A DNA stretch of 63,470 nt, filler included, from Octopus bimaculoides (Eukaryota): the NCBI RefSeq assembly GCF_001194135.2. It is 4 parts of 4 records of this genome, joined end to end, with 100 filler letters (N's around TTAATTAATTAA, not from the genome) between each part and the next. Parts side by side here need not be neighbours in the genome. Positions count along the whole stretch, not along the records: positions 34,144 to 63,470 come from NC_068982.1; 3 more parts are not named here. The stretch is one strand, 5' to 3'. Every line of letters starts with the position of its first letter. Position 1 is the stretch's first letter. The notes under the pieces are model-generated. The model was not told the origin of the DNA, ran no database searches, and saw only the letters and a list, made by a program, of their open reading frames with translations. This document shows, piece by piece, positions 37,972-51,170 of this stretch. The position numbers were made by a program, and so were the translations under genes.

Positions 37972-38726
37972 TGTAGACAGGAACTTCGCTGCGAGTTAGC
38001 TAGGGAGCTGGTCTGCAACGAAGTTGACTTTCGATTAAGCGGATTTCTACGAAGCAGGAGTTGACTGGCGGCTGTCGCCCTCGTGTGTTTAATTAAATAA
38101 CTCTTTCACTAACACATTCTGGGTCTCCGTTTATTATTTTTTTTTGTGTGTATAACTTAACTAAAGCTATAACTGGTGACTCCACAGAAGAACAACAACT
38201 TTCGCTCCGCACATCCAAGTAAACAAGAAATAAAAGAAACATGGCAAGCGATCACACTACAGCACTGAGGGTACTACAATTCTGGTCGAAGAGGGCTGAG
38301 CTATGGTTCGCGCAGGCCGAAGCGTAATTTAACATATACAAAATAACATCAGACCTAACGAAATATTCGTACGTAGTAGCGGCACTAGATGAGGACACGG
38401 CAACGAGGGTGCTGGACATTTTAACCCAACCCCCAGCAACGCACAAATACACCATGTTATACGTTCCGGCAGAGCAACCAGGAAGCGGCAGTCAAGATAC
38501 TGGAGGACCTGCGGCAGTTAGCGAAAGCAGCCGACAAACATTTTTTATTCAGTGGTGATATGGTCAACGCCATAGGGTCGGCCCCGAGACATGGTAGAGT
38601 TAAGCAAGAGACCTGTGTTTCTACCACACAAAGTTCAGGAAAAAGACTACGAAGTGCAAACAACCATGTAGCTTCAGGATTCCTTAGCGATCAACCCCAG
38701 GAAACTCCAGGGCCGGCTGTCATTAA
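37972..38726 (+). mobile_element. Ty3/Gypsy LTR retrotransposon, CsRn1-like: putative 5' LTR, PBS and shortened gag; pol absent
   Basis: PBS TGGTGACTCCAC at 38174 (tRNA-Trp-like); gag FWSKRAELWFAQAEA*F...ITSDLTKYSYVVAALD; CFYHTKFRKKTTKCKQPC (C-x2-H-x9-C-x3-C) ending GNSRAGCH*. Confidence 0.8.
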
Positions 38727-40559
38727 CTACCCAAAATTTGCAAACTTTAAAAGCTATTAACTCCTTATTTATTGATTTATAGCGAAAATGAATTTCATGT
38801 CAATGATTACCATGCAAAACTACACCAATACATCAAATGTAAAATCAATTGAAGAAATTGAAAAGTGACAGCCAAATAGAAAAGATCCCAGAAAATTAAT
38901 GGTGAAATATGCGACCGGGAATGACTAATGTCTTCTTCAACAACTGGCTGTTTATTGTTTTGTTTGTAAGCATTTCTTTTTTTTTTACCACAAACTACAA
39001 AACTTGCTCGGGTGAGTTTGCTGACTGACAAGATACGATTGTAATTCAGTTATGAGAACTTTGAAAAATATAAAGCAGCTTTGCTGACATACTTGACAAG
39101 AAGCTTGGTTCCTCTTTAGACTCAATACTAGTCCAACGGATTAAAATAGAACAACGGCGTTGGCGGAATGTGCTTGATCGAACGTGTCGTTGCAGTGATA
39201 GACATTCTGACAGAATGTGGTTGAACTTGGAGAGGTGATAATGAAACTTTTGGATAATAAAACAATGGCAGCTAATCTAGTCTTAATGACTTAGCTCTTT
39301 CTGACCGCATAAAATAAAATAGAAAGCAGCTGATTTGGTCTCCTTCATGCTGCGTGCTCTAATATTAAATCATCCTTATGTGGATCAGTTAACAGTTGAT
39401 TTTGATGGTACTGAACTTGAAATAAATAGAAACGGCTTGATGTCGAAAGTGCGCAGAGAAAAGGAGATCGAGAAAAAAAAAATCAAGTGATGGATTTGCA
39501 TCTGAAGTTTATGAAGAGCTTTCTTCAAGAGACATATTGCCAGTGAAATCATTCGTTCCTATAGTAAATGTCTTTATAGCGATTTGAACAGAAGAGCAAC
39601 AGCTTAGGTCTATGCGACAGCGCATTTTCGTTTTTAATTGGTTTAAAACTTTCAGAGACACAGCTACGTGGAGCAGTCGAAACATTGATTAAAGACTATC
39701 TAAATGTATTGATATTTTTACCTTACAAGTGAACTGTGGCATTTTCGTGCAAATTCATTCTCTTTTCTTGGATAATTCTGCTACCAAGCAGAGTTATCCA
39801 GAAAAGAGAATGAATCTGCCAGCGAGACCGATGTTAAATGTTTCTCCATGACTTGATGCAATTAGTTTTTCCCTAATATAAAACAAAATTACGACTATTC
39901 ATATTTCTGATGGTAACGTATTATTTAGGAAAAAGATAATTATTACAGCTAAAGAGAATTAAATTAATTGAGAACCACCATGTCTCAAGGTGAAAAAATA
40001 CTGTTTACATTTAGCATCATCTTTTACTTGTTTCAATCATTGGACTGCAGCCAGACAGGAGCACCACCTTGAAAGCCTGGTACTTATTTTATGGGTTTTC
40101 TTGCCGAACTGCTATGTTACAGAGCATAAAATGCAATAGACTGCACAGCTTTCCACTTGAAGACACAATTCATGATTTTACATTTTAAAAATTAAGAAAG
40201 AACATGTTTCAAGTTAGTTAAGTTTGTATGTGCTATTAAATTATTAAAAAGCATACGTTTTTGATTTTTATCAAACTTATAACTTTTTAGTGAGACGACA
40301 CTCAAGTTCCATATAAATTAGAATCTCATCAAGCCTAACTCCAGCGTGGGGAAGTGCTCATGATTTTACTAACCCTCCGTGTCTGATGAGATCTGAGCAA
40401 AATTGTCATTTGTACATGTTGGGTAATAAATTAACATACACATTTATTTATTTGAAAGAAAATTACCAAAGAACTTTTTTCTGTTATGAAACCATTTGTA
40501 GGGAAGAAAGAGAAAACCCCCCAACAATGCAGCACCAAGTGCCTCGATTGCTCGCACCC

Positions 40560-41020
40560 CACAAGGTTCAAAGAAACCTACTGAAACAAGCCAGCACCCT
40601 CGCAGCGTTACCACGGGCGATGGCGAGGCTAAGGCGTTGGGAAAGTCAAGCGCCGTCACGGGCATCACTTGACACCTCGGTGAGGCGAGCTGCCAACGGT
40701 GACAAGAACTTTGCGGTTAGTAGCCTAGTCCCTCCGAACGTCTCAAACGCCACAAGTTGGAAGAGATAGTTCAGTCAGGTCCCAGTATTTCAGGGTTTTC
40801 GTTCGTTCGGCTACGGAAGCAGTGACCCTCCCATTTATTTCAGCATACAGGATGCGGGAGGGAGCAAAAGAATCGCAGACTGTGACATCCCAAATGAGAC
40901 ATCTGTCTCTAACCCAGGGACAGAGGGTAAGACTATCTGGTCTCTTCCCATTACTTCTGGATAATCCCGCCGGCTTCAGAACTGAGGGGATATTAATCTG
41001 AGCCAGGACCCGCTTAATGA
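40560..41020 (-). mobile_element. CRE-type non-LTR retrotransposon 3' fragment (restriction-like endonuclease)
   Basis: GLSRSNGKRPDSLTLCPW...LIWDVTVCDSFA...AERTKTLKY...VAFETFG...QRLSLAIARGNAA. Confidence 0.82.
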
Positions 41021-41579
41021 CAATAAATATAATCTGATTTTTGAGACTTGGTATAGCTTATTGCTGTTGTTACTTAGCCCCTGTCGGCTTTAAATGGGCA
41101 GATCAATGATGAAAGATATTCTAGCTCTGACTACCTTGTTTTTCGCGTTCCACCCTCACCCAGACATTGTATGTAGAACCATTTTATCGAATGTGCTCCC
41201 CACCCACGCCCCTTTTAAAAGAAATAGAGCGATATAGGGAAATTTGGCTGCTGACCCAATGGGTTCCCTGTTAACATGATTTCCCTATTAACATGTTCAT
41301 AAATAATTATTTTACCAAGACAACACCTTCATGGGACACCAGAGGGAAAAAAGGCAAATTCGATCCTCGAGTATTTGAACTCATCAGCAGTCAGTCCCAA
41401 CTTAATCAATCGTTGTTTGTGTAAAGGCTGAAAGACCTGTTCAATGATGCATAACGGACGAGTTTGTTATATCTCCATGGTAAACAAAACGTTAGTTACA
41501 CCAATTAGTTCAACGAGGTAACAAGGCGGTGGTTCTCAGGTGAGAGAATAGAAAACTATAACTTTTCCTGTTGTCTTAA

Positions 41580-41972
41580 ACTGCAAAACTGGCGAAAATT
41601 GCACCAGTCGATCAGGAGGGAATCATTATAACCAATTCATTAGTGGAAAAAACAGAAAACAATGAAGCAGAACAAAATACAGAACTATCATCGTCTGTTT
41701 ACCGCGACGAAAACAGCGGAGAAAATTCACTCAGTTGTGAACAAGTATCTTCCACTACTGCTATACCGCCAGTAGAGGAAGAGAGGGGGGAATATAAAGT
41801 CAGAGCAAGAGGAAGTTGTGATAATGACTATAAGCGGACCTTAGCGAACGGAGTTCTTCAGGCACAGCGTAAAATGGAAATGGAAACACTGGTTTCTGGA
41901 GATAAAAAGGACTCGCTACCTCGTGATGAAAGTATAATTAGTGCAGAAGCTCTTAATTTAACTTTACATCAA
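41580..41972 (+). CDS. TRPA1: TRPA1-like gene, first visible coding exon (5' boundary uncertain; first in-frame ATG at 41874)
   Basis: Open frame 41580-41972 ends ESIISAEALNLTLHQ|gtaagt and splices phase 0 to CARDG, completing an ankyrin LHQ-ARDG motif. Confidence 0.7.
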
Positions 41973-42036
41973 GTAAGTTACTTCCAAAATACTTTGTTAA
42001 CATGAAGAACAGCAAGAGATATTTGAAATATAAATT

Positions 42037-42099
<63 letters not shown>

Positions 42100-42190
42100 A
42101 GAGAGAGAGAGAGAGATATGAAGGGAAAACGCGGGTGAGACGAAAACAACTTGGAGAGAGGTTGATCGAGATGGATTCTGAAGAAAGAGC

Positions 42191-42226
<36 letters not shown>

Positions 42227-43887
42227 TGAAATTGTAACGTGTGTGATTACATGTGGTTATTTCTTGATACGGACTAATAACGAGATTTTTCTTTTTTTGT
42301 ACACTGATATTTTGTTGTTGACAGTTTCATATAAAATTTCCTTCAGACTTTCGAAAGAAACTAGAAAATAAATTAACTCCATTACCCCCTAATTTCCAAC
42401 CGTTCATCAGACCTACCATGTTACGGTTTTACTTTTCTCTAGATCCACTCCAATTTTATGTATGTAAAAATAACATGTAACCTATTTTAGTGGTGCACTT
42501 AGGTGCGGGTTGAGATTTGGCAGTATGAAAGTAACAATCGCTTGAATTTAAAGATCCCTTTGGTTTCATTGTGAAATTCCTTTTAAACAGAGTTAAATAT
42601 TTAAGCATGTATACTCCATATGAAAATACAAACGAGAAAAAGAATACTGACGCTACAGGCTAACCTAAATATTTTATTAGGATTTTCTTTCTACCCACGA
42701 CATACTAACTTAAATATTTACGAACTTCACAAATTGTTCGTTAGTCTTATATTCCGAACTGGTCATATTATTTAAATTATTTACCTATTTAATTTTTATT
42801 GAAGGTGTTTCGAAATTCTATATCCTTTTTTTTTCCATCGGAATCTGCTTACATTAGTTATTTTAGCAACATCTGCGTGAAGATTCAACCCAATTGCGAT
42901 TTTTAAAAAATTCTATAATCGATGTTGGTAGAAACCTAAAATATTTTTATTGTTATACTTGGGGATGGTCCAACATACGATTTCACATCAAGAATTTTGC
43001 AAAACAAATACATAAACGTAATAAAATATTTTTCTTATCATAAATATCTTCACGTCCATGTGCCGTCTGTAACAAGAATTAAAATGGTTCTATAGCATTT
43101 TCGTCTCGTATTTAGTACAATCACCTTATTGGTTTCCACATTAATGAAATTATTATTGAAATGAATTATTTTTTTTTTAAATAATAAGGGTTGAAGTATG
43201 TTATATGTAATATATATGTAGTAGTAGTATGTAATATGTAATTTGAAATATACAATGAGTCAAATTCAAGATGTATCAACGCTTCTGGCGTAAATTTGAC
43301 GCTTCAATAGTGTAGCGAAGGAACACCCGCTTTTTCAGAAATGTAACTACAAAAATACACAAAATCTCAAAACAAGCACGTGAGAGAGAAATAGAGAGAG
43401 AGAGCTGTCGTATATGGAAAGCTACAGATATTTTATTTGACAGTCTATTAAAGTTGTTACTGAACAAGCACCTGCATTGAGAAAAGCCCGACACAATTGA
43501 AAAGCAACTTGCAACGCCTAAGCCGTCGTTTAAAAGCTTTCTGTTTACAGAAAATAAGAAAATTACACAAAGGGCTCCTGAGTGCAACTTATAAATAGAT
43601 AAATAAATAAATAAATAAATCATGAAGTAGCGATAACTTAAACATTTTACCGAAAGGAAAATATTACATCAAATTAAGAATGTTTTAATTTTATGAATTA
43701 AAAAAAAAAATGGAACAAAAAAAAAAAAAGAAAATAATTGTGTGCGTGTATGTGTAGGTATATATATATATATATNNNNNNNNNNNNNNNNNNNNNNNNN
43801 NNNNNNNNNNNNNNNNNNNNNNNNNNNNNNNNNNNNNNNNNNNNNNNNNNNNNNNNNNNNNNNNNNNNNNNNNNNNNNNNNNNNNNN

Positions 43888-44567
43888 NTGACACAAAGCC
43901 AGAGATTTTGAGGGGCGTGGGAAGGTACTTATTTTATCGACCTCGAAAGGATTAAAGGCAACGTCGACCTTGGCAGCATTTGAACTGAGAACATTAAAAC
44001 CCGATGAAATGCCGCTAAGTATGCTGTCTGGTACACTAACGATTTTATCAAAATCTAATGGTTACCAGTGTGTTTCTGTCTACCAACCTCTGAGACCAGG
44101 GTTCTGTCATTATATTTGAATTTCGCGGAAGTATCCCTTTCTACTATAGGCACAGGGCCTGAAATTTTGGGGGAAGGGGATAGTCGATTTCATTGATTCC
44201 AATGCACTACTGGTACTTATTTTATCAACTCCGAAAGGATGAAAGGCAAAGTCGACCTTCGCGGAATTTCAACTCCGAATGTAAAGACGGACGAAATACC
44301 GCTAAGCATTTCGTTCGGCGTGCTTACGATTTTGCTGATTCGCCGCCTTATTTCATGGAAATATTGTTTTCAAATTTTGGCACAAGGCCAGCAATTTCGG
44401 AGGAAGGGATAAGTCGATAAAGTCAACCCCAGTGCTTGACTCGTAATTATTTTATTGACTCTGAAAAAAATGTATGGCAAAGTTGACCTCCTCGGAATTT
44501 GAACTCAGAAAGTGCTTAGTGGCATTTCATCCGGCGTGCTAAAGATTCTGCTGACTCGCCGCCTTAT
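43888..44567 (-). mobile_element. Three tandem SINE family C copies (about 43888-44045, 44141-44352, 44380-44567)
   Basis: Each carries AAAGG..AA.GT.GACCT..GC.G.ATTTGAACT and a GGCG...GCTAA head. Confidence 0.82.
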
Positions 44568-44634
44568 TGATACCCCGTTCAGTGGGAATCATAAGTTGTT
44601 CACCTTGCTAAATACTAGCTATCTATAAATTGTG

Positions 44635-45004
44635 TGTGGAGGCGCAATGGCCCAGTGGTTAGGGCAGCGGACTCGCGATCATAGGATCGCTGTTTCGATT
44701 CCCAGACCGGGCGTTGCGTTTATTGAGCGAAAACACCTAAAGCTCCACGAGGCTCCAGCAAAGGATGGTGGCGAACCCTGCTGTACTCTTCCACCACAAC
44801 TTTCTTTCACTCTTACTTCCTGTTTCTGTTGTGCCTGTAATTCAAAGGGTCAGCCTTGTCATGCTGAATATCTCCAAGAACTACGTTAAGGGTACACGTG
44901 TCTGTGGAGTGCTCAGCCACTTTGCACGTTAATTTCACGAGCAGGCTGTTCCGTTGACCGGATCAACTGGAACCCTCGACGTCGTAAGCGACGGAGTGCC
45001 AACA
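44635..45004 (+). mobile_element. SINE family A, full length
   Basis: 11-bp TSD ATAAATTGTGT at 44625-44635 and 45005-45015. Confidence 0.93.
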
Positions 45005-45588
45005 ATAAATTGTGTACAGTTATATGATATATTATTCCTTAAATGATAAATAAGAACTATATTACATTCTCAATACAGTTTACTACAAGTGATTAACTAT
45101 GAACATATGCTCTTATACTAGCACATAGTGACGGTGGTTGAAGGGAAGGCAGTGAAGTCAAAGGTGTTGATGGTGGTGGCATCAGATGTCTGAATGAATG
45201 GTGTATGTATGGCAGTTGTGGTGGCGATTGTGGTGGTACTGGTGATGGTGAGGGTTGAAAACGATCAACAGAAAGAGAGAGAGAGAGAGGAAAAAAGTGG
45301 TTAGACAGGAAAAAAAAAAATTGTACTGACCACTGAATGGGAAGACGAAAATTGTTGTTTATCATGCAGCTTTGCAATAAGTTCCAAGTGGACAAATCAT
45401 ATCATTGTTTTGATGAAAAATGTTCATTGCTTGAAAAATACAGTCCAAGTTTAATAAAATTTAATATGTATTCAGTGCATGAAGTGTCATTGTTGGGCCC
45501 AAGGCCCAATGAAGAGTCCTCCACAGGAGTCAGCTTAAAGGCCGCCCTTTTGGGTAGCTTTTAAGCTAGTATATATATNNNNNNNNNN

Positions 45589-45625
<37 letters not shown>

Positions 45626-45626
<1 letters not shown>

Positions 45627-46014
45627 TCTTTTACTCTTTTACTCTTTTACTTGTTTCAGTCATTTGACTGTGGCCATGCTGGAGCACTGCCTTAAGTCAA
45701 GCAAATCGACACCTGGACTTATTCTTTGTAAGCCTAGTACTAATTCTATCGGTTCTTTTGCTGAACCGCTATGTGACGGGAGCATAAACACACCAGCATC
45801 AGTTGTCAAGCTAGGGGGACAAATACAGACACACACATATATATATACATATATACGACGGGCTTCTTTCAGTTTCCGTCTACCAAATCCACTCACAAGG
45901 CTTTGGTCGGCTCTAGGCTATAGTAGAAGACACTTGTCTAAGATGCCACGCAGTGGGACTGAACCTGGAACCATGTGGTTGGTAAGCAAGCTACTTACCA
46001 CACAGCCACTCCTG
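45626..46014 (-). mobile_element. SINE family B, full length, (AAAGAGT)n tail next to (TA)n
   Basis: CTCTTTTACTCTTTTAC tail; CACAGCCACTCCTG head. Confidence 0.92.
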
Positions 46015-46185
46015 TGCCTGATTAGAATAGACCCATCTTTAATTTGTTGCTGTCTGTTTGAAGGTAATTTTTAGCAAGGCATCCTTCCAGATTCTTTGCC
46101 TGCTCTTGGAGTATGAGGTCCCAATATTCACTGTGGAGGGCTTTGACAGGAGAGTCAGAAATGCCCGGGACTTCCTTGCTGCGAT

Positions 46186-46343
46186 GGGCTTCTTTCAGTT
46201 TCTGTCTACCAAATTCACTCACAAGGCTTTTGTTGACCTGAGGCTATAGTAAAAGACACTTGCCCAAGGTCCCACACAGTGGGACTGAAACTGGAACCGT
46301 GTAGTTGGGGAATAAGCTTCTTACCACACAGCCATACCTGTGC
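46186..46343 (-). mobile_element. SINE family B 5' half
   Basis: GGCTTCTTTCAGTTT..CTACCAAATTCACTCACAAGGC...CACAGCCATACCTG. Confidence 0.85.
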
Positions 46344-46361
46344 TTATATATATATATAAAT

Positions 46362-46680
46362 ATGGGAACCTGTGAAAGAGGTAGCCCCAGGAAGACCTGG
46401 GATGAGGTGGCCAAGCACGACCTTTGAACATTAGGCCTCACCGAGGCAATGACTAGTGACTGAGACCTTTAGAAATATGCTGTGCGTGAGAATACCCGGC
46501 AAGCCAAGTGAGACTATAACCCGTGGCCTATGCCAGGGGTGTAGCCAGCCCACTTATGCGTACCTTTCTTTCATTGGACACTAAACTCTGCTTGCGAAGA
46601 CCTGTTGAGGCAAGTGAAATCAAAATCAAATCAAATTTGCAAATTCGATGACTGGCACCCGTGCCAGTGGAGTACTAAGA
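46362..46680 (+). mobile_element. RTE LINE 3' fragment
   Basis: GTCERGSPRKTWDEVAKHDL*TLGLTEAMTSD..REN.RQAK*, near-identical to 47560-47706. Confidence 0.85.
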
Positions 46681-46691
46681 GCACCATCCAA

Positions 46692-46887
46692 GTCATTTGA
46701 CTGCTGCCATGCTGGACCACTGCTTTTTATTGAACAAATCAACCCCAGGACTTATTCTTTGTAAGCCTAGTACTTATTCTATCGGTCTCTTTTGCCGAAC
46801 TGCTAGATTACAGGGATGTAAACATACCAGAATTGGTCGTCAAGCGATGGTGGGTGGGAGTGGGGACAAACACAGACACACAAACAT

Positions 46888-46920
<33 letters not shown>

Positions 46921-47092
46921 TACACACATATGACAGGCTTCTTTCAGTTTCCGTCTACCAAATCCACTCACAAGGTTTTTGGTTGGCCTGAGGCTATAGT
47001 AGAAGACATTTGCCCAAGGTGCCATGCAGTGGAACTGAACCTGGAACCACGCGGTTGGTAAGCAAGCTACTTAACTCACAGCCACTCCTGCA
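46692..47092 (-). mobile_element. SINE family B, full length
   Basis: Collinear with 45626-46014. Confidence 0.9.
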
Positions 47093-47167
<75 letters not shown>

Positions 47168-47403
47168 TTATTTATATATATGATAATTGAACAAGGAGAC
47201 GAACTCTCAGGATGTTGTTAAACCATTTATATCTTGAATTCTTCTACATATGTTTGAACAAATGTACACTAAAATCTCCGGCAGGATAAATTATGGTCAG
47301 CAATGCATCAATCTCTTCAGGAAGGAAATAAATAATAAACTCATCAAACAGACATGTTAACAGAGATAGAAAGTCCTATAAAATGTTACATATTTATATT
47401 CAT

Positions 47404-48143
47404 AGAGAAAAGCTGAACATTAGAAGCATCTTGAGAGAAAAGCTGAACATTAGAAGCATCAGTTGTGGCGTGCAAGAGAGACGATTGCGCTGGTATGGAC
47501 ATGTGGTGAGAATGGAGGAGGATAGCTGCGTGAAAAAGTGCCACACCCTAACAGTTGAGGGAACCCGTGGAAGAGGTAGGCCCAGGAAGACCTGGGCTGA
47601 GGTGGTGAGGCAAGACCTTCGTACATTGGGCCTCACCGAGGCGATGACTACGGACCGAGACCTTTGGAAATGGGCTGTGCGTGAGAAGACCCGGCAAGCC
47701 AAGTAAGATCGTTGCCAGTGCCCCTGGACTGGTTCTTGTGCGGGTGGCACATGAGATGCACCATTTTGAGCGTGGCCGTTGCCAGTACCGCCTGACTGGC
47801 TCCTGTAGGATTTTCGAGCGAGATCGTTGCCAGTGCCCCTGGACTGGCTTNNNNNNNNNNNNNNNNNNNNNNNNNNNNNNNNNNNNNNNNNNNNNNNNNN
47901 NNNNNNNNNNNNNNNNNNNNNNNNNNNNNNNNNNNNNNNNNNNNNNNNNNNNNNNNGACACGTAAAAGCACCCACTACACTCTCTGAGTGGTTGGCGTTA
48001 GGAAGGGCATCCAGCTGTAGAAACTCTGCCAAATCAGACTGGAGCCTGGTGTTGCCATCCGGTTTCACCAGTCCTCAGTCAAATCGTCCAACCCATGCTA
48101 GCATGGAAAGCGGACGTTAAACGATGATGATGATGATGATGAT
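47404..48143 (+). mobile_element. RTE LINE, 5'-truncated, with 3' UTR and (GAT)n tail
   Basis: RRLRWYGHVVRM...GTRGRGRPRKTW...RQAK*; UTR ends GGACGTTAAAC(GAT)n. Confidence 0.93.
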
Positions 48144-48211
48144 GTACACTTAAGCAACGTTTAGCTACCTTGTAATTATTCCCATGGATTTTTCCTTTAA
48201 ATTGTAAAGTC

Positions 48212-48281
<70 letters not shown>

Positions 48282-49424
48282 TATATATTTTGGCACAGGC
48301 ACAGACAGATGCAAGTGTGGCTGTGTAGGTTAGACACTTGCTTTCCAGCCTTAGGTTAACTCCCACTGCAGGACACCTTGGACAGGTGTTTCTACCATAG
48401 CCCTCTCCATCATTTATGAGAAAACAAAATAGGATCTGCTTCTACATAATTTTTCTTCCTTGCTATGGTGTTAATACTAAAATATGGCTATCAGTTGGAA
48501 TCTAGGGAGACTTAGTAGCATGTACTATGCTTTTCCTAATTGTTTAAGGTCTCTAGGTCCCTATTCAGTTTGGAACAGACATAGACACCTTTTTGATCTC
48601 AAACCTTTGACCTAGTGGAACACCCATGATATGATAGCTGGAAGAATAGAGGAAAGCACCAGCACTGGGCTTGTACTTGTTTACTGCTGAGTAACCTGTT
48701 GTAACATGAATTGAAGTGCCTTACACAAGGACACAAAATATTACCCAACCCAGGAACTGAACTCACAATCTTAAGGTTCTGAACCAAAAATTCAAACCTT
48801 TGGAAACTGTATTAATATTATTGACTATGGCAATGCATCCCCTATTTGATCAGTGCAGCCCTCTTCTCTATCAGTAGGTGCTTTCTACATGCCAACTGCA
48901 TGAGCACCAGTTACGTGACACCGACATTGGCCATAACTATGATCTCACTTTAAAAAGTGCTTTGCTTTTCATTATCTAATTTTCAGCTATGTCATTCTAT
49001 AATTTGAAGAAGGTGTGGCTGAAAAGTATTTCTGTAAAACACACGTAGCCAATGAGTTCTCTGTAATTATCTTAACAAACCTCTTATTTTTCATAATATT
49101 GAGAAATGAGTTTGATTAAATCCCACATGATGAAAATGTCAAACTTTGTTGTGAATGTCTCAACATGACTATTCTTAGATGTTTTCATTTTAAAGCTCAC
49201 TCTTTCATGCTTGCATGGGTCAGATAGAATTTGTTGAGGAAGATTTTTTTTACAGCTGGTTGCTCTTTCTGTTGCCAACCCTCATCTCATCCCAAGCAAA
49301 GTAATATTTCCCCTTGTCCTAATTTGGAAGGTGGTCTCATAAGACATGTTTTTACAAAAGATTACAAATGGACAACAGCACTTGTATGACAGTGATATTT
49401 ATTTACAATTAATGCCCTGCCACG

Positions 49425-49458
<34 letters not shown>

Positions 49459-49479
49459 TGCACACACACGCACACGTGC

Positions 49480-51170
49480 ACACACATGACAGGATTTTTC
49501 TGGATTCTGTCTGCCAAAAATACACACAAGACTTTGGCCTGACCTATTTTATAGTAGAAGACACGTGCCCAAGGTACTGTGCAGTTAGATTGAACCAAGA
49601 GCCACACAGTCATGCCTGCACATAAATTTGAACTGCTCTCAGTTTCATGCTGTGAGAACATGATGGTCAAACATGTTTGTATACCATGTGTTGTGTTTCC
49701 AAGCAATTTTAACAGACTTATATATACAACATGGCTGGTGTTTTAAAAAAAAAAAAGTATAAGAGAGGACAGGTGTTTGCATGTATGCACACATAAGCGC
49801 GCGCACGCACACACACACACAAACTATCAAACAGAGAGAATGAATGCTCAACACTGTGTGTGTAGTGCAGAAATGTTTTGTAGTTAAGAAGTTAGAGAAT
49901 GAGCGATGAAAAGAGACGATAAAGTGAACATCATATAGATGTTAAGTATGAAACTTTGAAAGTGACAATGGATGGTGAAATGGATTATGAAGCTTAATGA
50001 TGGTTCGTTTTGGTCCGACAGATATCTAGGTGCAATCTATAAAAGCAGTATTGTATACATAACTTGTCTTTATTTTCTCATTCAGTCAGCTTTTGTATAT
50101 GTCATGTTGTTGCTTAGCCCCAGACTCGAACAAATTGAACAGAACTATTAATGAAAGGTATTCCAGCCATGTCTATTCTATCTTTATCTCAGACAATCTA
50201 TATCCAAGACTATATTAATTAATGTGTCAGGTAGGCACATTAGATGATGTACTTTAAGTCACCTGCCATGAAAAACTGTAAATAAATATATATATAGATA
50301 TACTTAACATATTATGAGGTGAATAGACATCAACTGTAACTTGAAGCATCTCTAGATAAAAATATGATTTTATTCTTTAGCTTAATGGTGTTCAGCACTT
50401 GTGCATGGGGAACAGAATATCCTCCTCCTCCTCCTCCTCCATCACCCCACCACCATTGTCATTACCATCGGGGACGTAAACACACCAGCATCGGTTGTCA
50501 AGCGATGTTGAGGGGACAAATACAGACACACAAACATATACACACACATACATACATATATACGACAGGCTTCTTTCAGTTTCCATCTACCAAATCCACT
50601 CACAAGGCTTTGGTCGGCCCGAGGCTATAGTAGAAGATACTTGCCCAAAGTGCCACACAGTGGGGATGTACCTGGAACCATGTGGTTGGTAAGCAAGCTA
50701 CTTACCACACAGCCACCTCGTTAGCAAAAATGCTAATTTCATTAATTAACGATTAATGGATTAATAGTTTGATGCCCATGTTTGTTAACTACATCATTGT
50801 TGTTGTTTTATTGTCATTTTACTTGTTTTTGTCATTGAACTGGAGCAAAGCTGGGACACTGCCTTGAAGGATTCAGTTGGACAAATCAACCTTAGAAAAT
50901 CTGGTACTTATTCTATCAATGTCATTTGCTGAAATGCTCAGTTCAGGGACATAAATGAACCAGCACTGGTTATCAAGTGGTGGTGGTGGGGATAAACACA
51001 TGCACAAGTACACATATACAACAAGCTTCCACATAGTTTCCGTCTACCAAATTCACTAACAAAGCATTGGCTGGCTCAGGGCTGTCATAGCCCAAGGTGC
51101 TGCACAGTGGGACTGAACCCCAAACCACATGATTACAAAGCAAGCTTCTTAATCACACAGTTATGTCTGT
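49480..51170 (-). mobile_element. Three further antisense SINE family B copies (about 49480-49622, 50470-50716, 50815-51170)
   Basis: Shared CTACCAAAT.CACT.ACAA.GC.TTGG and CACAG.C motifs. Confidence 0.75.
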
